In this document: one piece after another, positions 48,126 through 60,580 of the stretch | Layout: every line of letters begins with the position of its first letter | Numbering within the stretch: position 1 is the first letter of the stretch | NCBI RefSeq assembly: GCF_009914755.1 | Contig: NC_060936.1 | DNA: 64,000 bases | Source: the human T2T-CHM13v2.0 reference genome, Homo sapiens | Direction: 5' to 3' (one strand) | Notes under the pieces: model-generated | What the model was told of the DNA's origin: nothing | Seen by the model: only the letters and a program-made list of their open reading frames with translations | Database searches by the model: none | Made by a program: the position numbers and the translations under genes

Positions 48126-51100
48126 TAACTTCACATAAAAACTTGACAGAAGCATTCTCAGAAACTCCTTTGTGATGTGTGCATTCAACGCAAAGAGTTG
48201 AACCTTTCTTTTGATAGAGCAGATTTGAAACACTCTTTTTGTATAATATGCAAATGTTGATTTTGAGCGCTTTGAGGCCTGTGGTGGAAAAGGAAATATC
48301 TTCACATAAAACTAGACTGAAGCATTCTCCAGAACTTCTTTGAGATGTGTGCATTGAACTAAGAGAGTTGAATCTTTCTTTTGATAGAGCAGTTTTGAAA
48401 CAGTCTTTTTGTAGAATCTGCAAGTGTTCATTTGGAGTACTTTGAGGCCTATTGTGGAAAGGGAAATATATTCACATAAAAACTAGACAGAAGCATTCTC
48501 AGAAAGTTATTTGTGATGTGTGCATTCAATTCACAGAATTGAACCTTTCCTTTGATAGAGCAGTTTATAAAGTCTTTTTGTAGAATCTGTAAGTGTTCAT
48601 ATGGAGTGATTTGAGGCCTATGTTGGAAAAGGGAATATGTTCTTATAAAAATTAGACAGAAGCATTCTCAGAAACTTCTTTGCCAGTGTGCATTCAACTC
48701 ACAGTTTTGAAACTTCCTTTTGACAGAGCAGTTTTTAGAAAGTGTTTTTGTAAAATCTGCAAGTGGATATTTTTAGCGTTTTGAGTCCTAAGGTGGAAAA
48801 GGGAATATCTTCACATGAAAACTAGACAGAAGCATTCTCGTTAACTACTTTGTGTTGTGTGCATTCATCTCACAGAGTTGAACCTTTCTTTTGATAGAGC
48901 AGTTTTGAAACACTCTTTTTTTACAATCTGCTTGTGGATATTTGGGGCTCTTTGAGGAATTCGTTGGAAACGAGATATCTTCACATACTTGACAGAAGCA
49001 TTCTCAGAAACTGCTTTGTGATGTGTGGATTCAAATCACAGAGTTGAACCTTCCCTTATAAAGAGCAGTTTTGAAACACTCTATTTGTAGAATCGGCAAA
49101 TGTTCATTTGGAGCACTTTGAGGCCTATGCTGGAAATGGAAATATCTTCACATAAAAACTAGACAGAAGCCCTCTCAGAAAATTCTTTGTCATGTGTGCA
49201 TTCAACTCACAGAGTTGAACCTTCCTTTTGGGAGAACAGTTTTGAAACAGTCTTTTTGTAGAATTTGCAAATGGATATTTGGAGCAGTTTAAGGACTAAG
49301 GTGAAAAAGGAAATATATTCAAATAAAAACTAGACTGAAGCATTCTCAGAAAATACTTTGTGATGTATTCATTCAACTCACAGAGTTGACCCTTTCTTTT
49401 GATAGAGCAGCTTTGAAACACTCTTTTTGAAGAATCTGCAAGTGGATATTTGGAGTGCTTTGTGGCCTATGGTGGAAAAGGAAATATCTTCACATAAAAA
49501 CTAGACAGAAGCATTGTCCGAAACTTCTTCATGATGTGTGCATTCAACTCACAGAGTTGAACATTTCTTTTTGTAGAATCTGCAAGTGGATATTAGGAGG
49601 GCTTTGAGGCCTATGGTGGAAAAGGAAATAAATTCCCATGAAAAGTAGACAGAAACATTCTCAGAAACTTCTTTGTGATGTGTGAATTTAGCTCACAGTG
49701 TTGAACCATTCTTTTGATATATTAGTTTTGAAACACTCCTTTTGTAGAATCTGCAACTGGATATTTAGAGTGCTTTGATGCCTATTTTGGCAAAGGAAAT
49801 ATCCTCACATAAAAACTTGACAGAAGCACTCTCAGAAACTTCTTTGTGATGTGTTCATTCCCCTCACAGAGTTGAACATTTCTTTTCATAGAGCAGTTTT
49901 GAAACACTCCTTTTGAAGGAACTGTTACTGGATAATTGGAGTGATTTGAGGCCTATGGTGGTAAAGGAAATATCTTCACAAAAAAACTAGACAGTAACAT
50001 TCTCAGAAACTTCTTTGTGATGTGTGCATTCAACTAACAGAGATGAACTTTCTTTAGATAGAGCAGCTTTGAAACACTCTTTTTGTAGAATCCGCAAGTG
50101 GATATTTGGAGGGCTTTGAGGCCTAAGGTGAAAAAAGAAATATCTTCACATAAAAACTAGACAGAAGCATTCTCAGAAATAACTTTGTGATGTGTGCATT
50201 CAACTAATAGTGTTGAACCTTTCTTTTGATAGAGCAGTTTTGAAACACTCTTTTTGTAGAATCTGAAAGTGTATATTTGGAGTTCTATGAGGCCTATGGT
50301 GGAAAAGGAAATATATTCGCATAACAACTAGACAGAAGCATTATCAGAAACTTCTTTGTGATGTGTGCATTCAACTCACAGAGCTGAACCTTTACTTTTG
50401 ATTGAGCAGTTTTGAAAAACTCTTTTTGTAGGATCTGAAAGTGGACATTTAGAGTGCTTTGAAGCCTATGGTGGAAAATGAAATATCTTCACATAAAAAC
50501 TAGACAGAAACATTCTCAGAAACTTCTTTGAGATGTGTGAATTCAACTCACAGAGTTGCACCTTCCTTTTGATGGAGCAGTTTTGAAACACTCTTTTTGA
50601 AGGATCTGCAAATGGATATTTGGAGCGCTTTAAGGCCTTCTGTGGAAACGGGAATATCTTCAAATAAAAACTGGACAGAAGCATTATCAAAAGTTTTTTT
50701 GTGATGTGTGCATTCATCTAACAGAGTTGAACCATTTTTTTTGATAGAGCAGTTCTGAAACACTCTTTTTGTAGAATCTGCAAGTGGATACTTGGAACGC
50801 TGTGATTCCTATGGTGGAAAGGGGAATATCTTCACATAAAGAGTAGACAGAAGCACTCTCAGAAACTTCTTTGTGATGTGTGCATTGAAATAACAGAGTA
50901 GAACCTTGCTTTTGATTGAGCACTTTTGAAACACCCTTTTTGTAGAATCTGGTAGTGGATATTTCGTGCGCTTTGAGGCCTACGGTGGAAAAGTATATAT
51001 CCTCACCTAAAAACAAGACAGAAGCATTCTCATAAACTTCCTTGTGATGTGTCCATTCAGCTCACAGAGTTGAAACTTTCTTTTGATAGAGCAGTTTTGA

Positions 51101-53722
51101 AAAGCTCTTTTTGTAGAATCTGCAAGTGGATATTTGGAGATCTTTGAGGCCTATGTGGAAAAGGAAATGTCTTCACATAAAAACTAGACAGAAGCATTCT
51201 CAGAAACTTCTTTCTGATGTGTGCATTCAACTAACAGAGTTGAACCTTTCTATTAATAGAGCAGTTTTGAAACACTCTTTTTGTAGAATATGCAAGTGCA
51301 TTTTTGGAGTGCTTTGAGGCCTACGGTGGAAACGAAAATATCTTCACATGAAAACAAGACAGAAGCATTCTCAGAAACCTCTTTGTGATGTTTACATTCA
51401 AATGACAGAGTTGAACTTTGTTTTGATAAAGCAGTATTAAAACACTCTTTGATAAAATATGCAAGTGGATATTTCAAGCGCTTGAGGCCTACGCTGGAAA
51501 AGGAAATATCTTCACATAAAAACTAGACAGAAACATTCTCAGAAACTTAGTTGTGATGTGTGCATTCAACTCACAGAGTTGAACCTTTCTTTTGATAAAG
51601 CAGTTTTGAAACACTCTTTGTAGAATCTGGAAGTGGATATCTGGTGCACTTTGAAGCCTATTTTGGAAGAGTTTATATCCTCACATAAAAACTAGACAGA
51701 AACTCTCTGAAACTACTTTGTGATGTGTGCATTCAAGTCTCAGAGTTGAACCTTTCCTTTGACAGAGTTGTTTTGAAACACTTCTTTTGTAGAATCTGCT
51801 TGTGGATATATGAAACTTTTTGAGGAATTCATTGGAAAAGGGCTATATTCAGAAAAAACTAGAAATAACTATTCTCAGAAAGTTCTTTGTGATGTGTGCA
51901 TTCAACTCACAGAGTTGAACATTTTTTTTCATAGAGCAGATTTGAAACATTCTTTCTGTATAATCTGCAAGTGTTCATTTGGGGCGCTTTGAGGCCAAAG
52001 GTGGAAAAGGAAATAACTTCACATGAAAACTAGACAGAAGCATTCTCAGAAACTATTTTGTGATGTGTGCATTCAATTCACAGAGTTGAACCTTTCTTTT
52101 GATAGAGCAGTTTTGAAACACCCCTTTTATAGGATCTGCTTGTGGGTATTTGGAGCTCTTTGAAGAATTTGTTGTAAACGGGATATCTACACATAGAAAC
52201 TAGACAGAAGCATTCTCAGAAACTGCTTTGTGATGTGTGCATTCAACTCACAGAGTTGAACCTTTCTTTGGATAGAGCAGTTTTGAAAAACTCTTTTTGT
52301 AGAATCTGCAATTCTTCATTTGGAGCGCTTTGAGGCCAATGGTGTAAAAGAAAATGTCTTCGCATAAAAACTAGACAGAAGCATTCTTAGAAACTGCTTT
52401 GTGATGTCTGCATTGAACTAACAGAGTTGAACTTTCTTTTCATAGAGAAGTTTTGAAACACTCCTTTTGTAGAATCTGCTAGTGGATATTTGGAGCTCTT
52501 TGAGGTCTTCGTTGTAAACCAGAATATCTTCACATAAAAACTAGACAGAAGCATTCTCAAAAACTTCTCTGTGATGCGTGCATTCAACTCACAGGGTTGA
52601 ACTGTTCTTTGGATAGAGCAGTTTTGAAACACTCCTTTTGTAGAATCTGCAAGTGTTCATTTGGAGTGCTTTGAGGCCAATGGTGGGAAAGGAAATATCT
52701 TCACATAAAAACTAGACAGAAGCATTCTCAGAAACTTCCTTATGATGTGTGCATTCAACTCGAAGAGTTGAACCTTCCTTTTGATAGAGCACTTTTAAAA
52801 AAGTCTTTTTGTAAAATCTGCAAGTGGATAATTGCAGGGATTTGAGGCCTATGGTGGAAAAGGGAATATCTTCACATAAAAACTAGACAGAAGCATTCTC
52901 AGAAACTGCTTTGTGATGTGTGCATGCAACTCACAATGTTGAACCTTTCATTTGATAGATTAGTTTTGAAACACTTTTTTTGTGGAATCTGCAAGTGTTC
53001 ATTTGGAGTGCTTTGAGGCCTATGGTGGAAAAGGAAATATCTTCACATAAAAACTAGACAGAAGCATTCTCAGAAACTAACTTGTTATGTGTACATTTAA
53101 CTCATCGAGTTGAACCTTCCTTTTGAGAGATCAGTTTTGAAAGAGTCTTTTTGTAGAATCTGCAATTGGATATTTGGAGCGATTTGAGGCCTACGGTGGA
53201 AAAGGAAATATCTTCACATAATAACAAGACAGAAGTATTCTCAGGAACTTCTTTGTGATATGTGCATTCAACTAACAGATTTGAACCTTTCTTCTGATAG
53301 CACAGGTTTGAAACACTCCTTTTGTAGAATCTGCTAGTGGCTATTTGGAGATTTTTGAGGCTTCGTTGGAAACAGGAATATCTTCACATAAAAACTAGAT
53401 AGAAGCATTCTCAGAAACTTCTTTTTGATGTGCGCATTCAACTAACAGAGATGAACCTTTCTTTTCATAGAGCAGTTTTGAAACACTCGCTTTGTAGAAT
53501 CTGCTAGTGGATATTTGGAGAGTTTTGAGGCCTTTGTTGGAAACATGGATATCTTCCCACAAAAACTGGACAGAAACATTCCCAGAAAATACTATGTAAT
53601 TTGGGCATTCAACTCACAGATTTGAACCTTTCTTTTGATAGAGCAGTTTTGAAACAGTCTTTTTGTAGAATCTGCAAGTGTTCATTTGGGGCGCTTTGTT
53701 GCCTATGGTGGAAAAAGAAATA

Positions 53723-54445
53723 TCTTCACATAAAAACTAGACAGAAGCATTCTCAGAAACTTCTTTGTGATGTAAGCATTCAAGTCACAGAGTTGAACTT
53801 TTCTTTTTATAGAGCAGTTTTGAAACACTCTTTTTGTAGAATCTGCAAGTGTTCACTTGGAGTGCTTTGAGGCCAATGGTGGAAAAGGAAATATCTTCAC
53901 ATAAAAACTAGACAGAAGGATTCTCAGAAACTGCTTTTTGATGTGTGCATTCAGCTCACAGAGTTGAACTTTTATTTGGATAGATCAGTTTTGAAACACT
54001 CTTTTTGTAGAATCTGCAATTCTTCACTTGGAGCACTTTGAGGTTAATGGTGTAAAAGAAAATGTCTTCACATAAAAACTAGACAGAAGCATTCTCAGAA
54101 ACTTCTTTGTGATGTAAGCATTCAAGTCACAGAGTTGAACTTTTCTTTTTATAGAGCAGTTTTGAAACACTCTTTTTGTAGAATCTGCAAGTGTTCACTT
54201 GGAGTGCTTTGAGGCCAATGGTGGAAAAGGAAATATCTTCACATAAAAACTAGACAGAATGATTCTCAGAAACTGCTTTTTGATGTGTGCATTCAGCTCA
54301 CAGAGTTGAACTTTTATTTGGATAGATCAGTTTTGAAACACTCTTTTTGTAGAATCTGCAATTCTTCACTTGGAGCACTTTGAGGTTAATGGTGTAAAAG
54401 AAAATGTCTTCACATAAAAACTAGACAGAAGCATTCTCAGAAACT
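53723..54445 (+). repeat. Near-perfect 342-bp (dimer) tandem duplication in alpha satellite
   Basis: Rare variants (tgtaagcattcaagtc, ttttatttggatagatcag, gaggttaatggtgtaaaag) repeat at +342; one mismatch seen (gaaggattc vs gaatgattc). Confidence 0.92.
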
Positions 54446-56249
54446 GCTTTGTGATGTGTGCATTCAACTAACAGAGTTGAACCTTTCTTTTCTTAGAGCA
54501 GTTTTGAAACACTCCTTTTGTAGAATCTGCTAGTGGATATTTGGAGCTCTTTGAGGCCTTCGTTGTAAACCGGAATATCTTCACATAAAAACTAAACAGA
54601 AGCATTCTCAGAAACTGCTTTGTGACGTGTGCATTCAACTAACAGAGTTGAACTTTTCTTTTCATAGAGCAGTTTTGAAACACTCTTTTTGTAGAATCTG
54701 CTAGTGGATATTTGGAGCTCTTTGAGGCCTTCGTTGTAATCCAGAATATCTTCACATAGAAACTAGAGAGAAGCATTCTCAGAAACTGCTTTGTGATGTG
54801 TGCATTCAACTCACAGGGCTGAACCGTTCTTTGGATAGAGCAGTTTTGAAACACCCCTTTTGTAGAATCTGCAGGTGTTCATTTGGAGCGCTTTGAGGCC
54901 AATGGTGGGAAAGGAAATATCTTCACATAAAAACTAGACAAAAGCATTCTCCAGAAACTTCTTTGTGATGTGTGCATTCAACTCTCAGAGTTGAACCTTC
55001 CTTTTGGTAGAGCACTTTTGAAATCGTCCTTTTGTAAATCTGCAAGTGGATATTTGCAGGGATTTGAGGCCTATGGTGGAAAAGGAAATATCTTCACATA
55101 AAAACTAGACAGAAGCATTCTTAGAAACTTCTTTCTGATGTGTGCATTCAACTCACAGGGTTGAACCTGTTTTTTTATAGAGCAGTTTTGAAACACTCCT
55201 TTTGTAGGATCTGCTAGTGGATACTTGGAGACTTGTGAGGCCTTGGTTTGAAATGGGAATATCTTCACATAAAAACTAGACAGAAGCATTCTCAGAAAGT
55301 TCTTTCTGAGGTCTGCACTCAACTCACAGAGTTGAACATTTCTTTTGATAGAGCAGTTTTGAAACTCTCTTTTTGTAGAATCTGCAAGTGCTCATTTGGA
55401 TTGCTTTGTCCCCTATGGTGGAAAAGGAAATATCTTCACATAAAAACTATACAGAATCATTCTCAGAAACCTCTTTGTGATGTGTGCATTCAACTCACGT
55501 TGTTGAACCTTTCTTTTGATAGAGCAGTTTTGAAACACTCTTTTTATAGAATCTGCAAGTGGATATTTGGAATGCTTTGAGGCCTTTCGTGGAAAAGGAT
55601 ATATTTTCTCATAAAAACTAGACAGATGCATTCTCAGAAAGCACTTTGTGATGTGTGCATTCAACTCACAGAGTGGAAACTTTCTTTTGATAGAGGGCAG
55701 TTTTGAAACACTCTTTCTGTAGAATCTGCAGGTGGATATTTGGAGCGCTTTGAGGCCTATGGTGGAAAAGGAAATATCTTCACAGAGAAACTAAACAGAA
55801 GCACTCTCAGAAACTTTTTTGTGATGTGTGCATTCAACTCACAAAGTTGAACCTTTCTTTTGATACAGCAGTTTTAAAACACTCTTTTTGTAGAATCTGC
55901 AAGTAGATATTTGGAGTGCTTTGTGTCTTATGCTTCAAAAGGAAATATCTTCACAGAAAAAGTAGACATAAGCATTCTCAGAAACATCTTTGTGATGTGT
56001 GCATTCAACTCACAGAGTTGAACCTTTCCTTTGATAGAGCAGTTTTGAAACACTCTTTTTGTAGAATCTGCCAGTGGATATTTGGAGGTCTTTGAGGCAT
56101 ATGGTTGAAAACGAAATATCTTCACAAAAAAACTAGACTGAAGCTTTCTTAGAAACTTCTTTGTGATGTGTCATTTCAACTCACAGAGCTGAACCATTCT
56201 TTTGATAGAGCAGTTTTGAAACAATCTTCTTCCAGAATCTGCAATTGGA

Positions 56250-59200
56250 TGTTTGGAGTGCTTTGAGGCCTATCCTGGAAAAGGAAATATCGTCACCAAA
56301 AAACTAGACAGAAGAATTCTGAGAAACTTCTTTGTGATGTGTGCATTCATCTCACTGAGTTGAATCTCTTTTTTGATTGAGTAGTTTGCAAGCACTCTTT
56401 TTGCAGAATCTGCCTTTGGACACTTGGAGCGCTTTGCAGCCTATGGTAGAAAAGTAGACAGACAGAAGCAAGCTGAGAAACTTCTTTGTGAAGTATGCAT
56501 TCACCTCACAGAGTTAAATCTCTCTTTTGATTGGGCACTTTTTAAACTCTTTTTGTAGAATCTGCAAGCGGACATTTGTAGCACTTTGAGGACTATGTTG
56601 GAAAAGGAAATATCTTCACATGAAAACTAGACAGAAGAATTCTGAGAAACTTCTTTGGATGTGTGCATTCATCTCACAGAGTTGAACCATTCTTTTGAAT
56701 GACCAGTTTTGAAATACTCTTTTTGTAGAATCTGCAAGTGGACATTTCAAGCGCCTTGAGGCCTTCCATGGAGAAGGAAATATCTTCACATAAAAAATAG
56801 ACAGAAGAATTCTGAAGAACTCCTTTTTGATGTGTGGGTTCATCTCACAGAGTTGTACCTTTCTTTTGATTGAGAAGTTTTCAAACTCTCTTTCTGTAGA
56901 ATCTTCATGTGGACATTTGGAGCACTTTGCAGCCTGGTAGAAAAGAAAATATCTTCACATAAAATCTAGACAGAAGCAATCTGAGAAATCTCTTCGTGAT
57001 GTGTGCATTCATCTCACATAGTTAAAATTTTCTTTTGATTCAGCAGTTTTCAAACTCTCTTTTTGTAGAATCTGAAAGTGGACATTTTTAGCACGTTGCG
57101 GCCTACAGTGGAAAAGGAGCTATCTTCACATAAAATCTAGACAGAAGCAAACTGAGGAACTTTTTTGTGAAGTGTGCGTTCATCTCACAGAGTTAAACCT
57201 TTCTTCTGATTGAGCAGTTTTGAAACTCTTTTTGTACAATCTGCAAGTGGACGTTTGGGGTGCTTTGAGACTATGGTGGAAAAGGAAATATCTTCACATA
57301 AAAACTAGACAGAAGAATTCTGAGAAACTTCTTTGTGATGTGTGCTTTCATCTCACAGAGTTGAACGTTTCTTTTGATAGAGCAGTTTGGAAACACCCTT
57401 TTGGGAGAATTTGCAACTGGACATTTGGAGCGCTTTGCGGCCTATGGTAGAAAAGGAAATATCTTCACATAAAATCTAGACAGAAGCAATCTGAGAAACC
57501 TCTTTGTGCAGTGTGCATTCAACTCACAGAGTTAAACCTTTCCTTTGATTGAGCAGTTTTGAAAATCTCTTTTTGTGGAATCTGCAAGAGGACATTTGGA
57601 GCGCTTTGGAGCCTATGGTAGAAGAGGAAATATCTTCACATAAAATGTAGACAGAAGCAATCTGAGAAACTTCTTTGTGATGTGTGCATTCATCTCACAG
57701 AGTTAAACCTTTCTTTTGATTGAGTAGTTTTCAAACTCTCTTTTTGTAGAATCCTCAATTGGACATTTGGAGCGCTTTGTGGCCTGTGGTAAAAGAGGAA
57801 ATATCTTCACATAAAATCTAGACAGAAGCATTCTCAGAAAATTCTTTGAGATCTGTACGTTCATCTCACGGAGTTTAACCTTTCTTTTGATTGAGCACTT
57901 TGGAAACTCTCTTTTTGCAGAATCTGCAATTGGACATTTTGATCACTTTGAGGCCTATGGTGGAAAAGGAAATATCTTCACAGAAAAACCAGATAGAAGA
58001 ATTCTGAGAAACTACTTTTTGATTTGTGTGTTCATCTCACAGAGTAGAACCTTTCTTTTGATTGTGCAGTTTGGAAACCCTCTTTTTGTAGAATTTGCAA
58101 GTGGACATTTGGAGTGCATCCTATGGTAGAAAAGAAAATATCTTCATATAAAATCTAGACAGAAGCAATCTGAGAAACTTCTTTGTGATATGTGCATTCA
58201 TCTCACAGAGTTAAACTTTTCCTTTGATTGAGCAGTTTTCAAACTCTCATTTGTAGAATCTGCAAGTGAACATTTGGAGAGCTTTGCAGCCTATGGTGGA
58301 AAAGGAATTATCTTCACATAAACTAGACAGAGGCAATCTGAGAAACTTCTTTGTGATATGTGCGTTCATCTCACAGAGTTGAAACTTTCTTTAGATTGAG
58401 CAGTTTTTAAACACTCTGTTTGGAGAATCTGCAATTGGACATTTGGAGAGTTTTGTGGCCTGCGGTAGAAAAGCAAATATCTTCACATAAAATCTAGACA
58501 GAAGCAATCTGAGAAACTTGTTTGTAATGTGTGCATTCATCTCACATAGCTAAATCTTTCTATTAATGGAGCAGTTTTGAAAATTTGTTTTTGTAGAATC
58601 TGCAAGTGGACATTTTGAGCGCTTTGAGGCCTGTGGTGCAAAAGGAAATATCTTCACATAAGAACCGGACATAAGAATTCTGTGAAACTTCTTTCTGATG
58701 TGTGCGTTCATCTCACAGGGTTGAAACTTTCTTTTGATTGAGCAGTTTGGAAACACTCTCTTTGTAGAATCTGCAAGTGGACATTTGGAGCACTTTCCGG
58801 CCTACGGTAGAAAATGAAATATCTTCACATAAAATCTAGACAGAAGCAATCTGAGAAACTTCATTGTGATGTGTGCTTTCATGTCAAAAAGTTAAGCCTC
58901 TCTTTTGATTGAGCAGTTTTGAATATCTCTTTTTGTAGAATCTGCAACTGAACATTTGGAGTGCTTTGAGGCTTATGTTGGAAAAGAAAATATCTTCACA
59001 TAAAAACTAGACAGAAGAATTCTGAGAAACATCTTTGTGATGAGTGCATTCATGTCAAAGAGTTGAACGTTTCTTTTGATTGAGCAGTTTTGAAACTCTC
59101 TTTTTGTAGAACCTGCAAGTGGACTTTTGGAATGTTTTGAGGCCTATGGTGGAAAAGGAAATACTTCACATAAAAAGTAGACCAAAGAATTCTGAAAAAC

Positions 59201-60580
59201 TTCTTTGTCATGTGTGCCTTCATCTCCCAAAGTTGAAGCTTTGCTTTGATTGAGCAGTTTTGAAACTCCCTTTTTGTAGAATCTGCAAGTGGACATTTGG
59301 TGCGCTTTGAGGCCTATGGTGGAAAAGGAAATATCTTCACATAAAATCTACACAGAAGAATTTGGAGAAACTTCTTTTTGATGGGTGCATTGATCTCACA
59401 GAGTTAAACCTTTCTTTTGATTGAGCAGTTTTGAAACTCTCTTTTTGTAGATTCCACAAGTGTACATTTGGAGCGCTTTGAGGCCTATGGTGCAAAAGGA
59501 AATATTTTCACATAAAAACTAGAGAGAAGAATTCTGAGAAACTTATTTGTGATATGTGCGTTCATCTCAAATTGTTGTACGTTCTTTTCATTGAGCAGTT
59601 TGGAAATACTCTTTTTCTAGATTCTGCAAGTGGCTATTTTGAAGGCTTTATGGCTTGTAGTAGAAAGGGAAATATCTTCACCTAAAAACTACACGGATGC
59701 ATTCTCAGAAACTTTTTAGTGATGTGTGCCTTCATCTCACAGAGTTGAATATTTCCTTTGATTGGGCAGTTTGTAATCTCTCTTTTTGTAGAATCTGCAA
59801 GTGGATATTTGGGGAGCTTTGAAGACTGTGGTGGAAAAGAAAATATCTTCACATAAAAACTAAACAGAGGAATTCTCAGAAACTTCTCTGTGATGTGTGC
59901 ATTCATTTTACAGAGTTGAACTTTTCTTTTTATTGAGCAGTTTGGGAACACTGTTTTTGTAGAATATGCAAGTGGACATTTGGGGAGCTTTGTGGCCTAT
60001 GGTAGAAAAGGAAATATCTTCACATAAAATCTAGACAGAAGCAATCTGACAAACTTCTTTGTGATGTATGCATTCATCTCACAGAGTTAAACCTTTCTTT
60101 GAATGAGCAATTTTTAAAATCTCTTTTTGTAATATCTGCAAGGGACATTTGTAGCACTTTGAGGCCTATGGTTGAAAAGGATTTGTCTTCACATAAAATC
60201 TAGACAGAAGCAATCTGAGAAACTCCTTTGAGATGTGTGCATTCATCTCACAGAGTTAAACCTTTCTTTTGATTGAGCACTTTGGACACTCTGTTTTTGC
60301 AGAATCTGCAAGTGGACATTTTGATCGCTTTGTGGCCTATGGTGGAAAAGGAAGTATCTTCACGTAAAAAAAGACAGAAGAATTCTGAGAAACTTCTTTG
60401 TGATGTGGGCGTTCATCTCACAGAGTTGAACCTTTCTTATGATTGAACAGTTTGGAAACACTCTTTTTGTAGAATCTGCAAGTGGACATTTAGAACGGTT
60501 TGCGGTCTATGGTAGAAAAGGAAATATCTTCACATAAAATCTAGACAGAAGCAATCTGAGAAACTTCTTTGTGATGTGTG
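56250..60580 (+). repeat. Monomeric A-type alpha satellite, different layer (SF4/M1-like)
   Basis: Switch to 'cattcatctcacag', 'gattgagcag', 'ggacatttgg', 'aatctagacagaagcaatctgag'; no CENP-B boxes. Confidence 0.9.

Larger units (their letters stand above)
38364..56250 (+). repeat. Divergent alpha satellite, A- and B-type monomers mixed (SF5/R1R2-like), with A-only stretches
   Basis: ~171-bp period; 'cattctcagaaacttctttgtgatgtgtgcattcaactcacagagttgaacctttcttttgatagagcag'; irregular alternation of pJalpha-type (ctatggtggaaaaggaa) and CENP-B-type (cttcgttggaaacggga) boxes. Family label inferred. Confidence 0.95.

Noticed and set aside
44690-54575. Additional CENP-B-like boxes (e.g. ~44690, ~45538, ~48960, ~53362, ~54558)
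   Set aside because: They lack one or more essential bases of the CGGG half.
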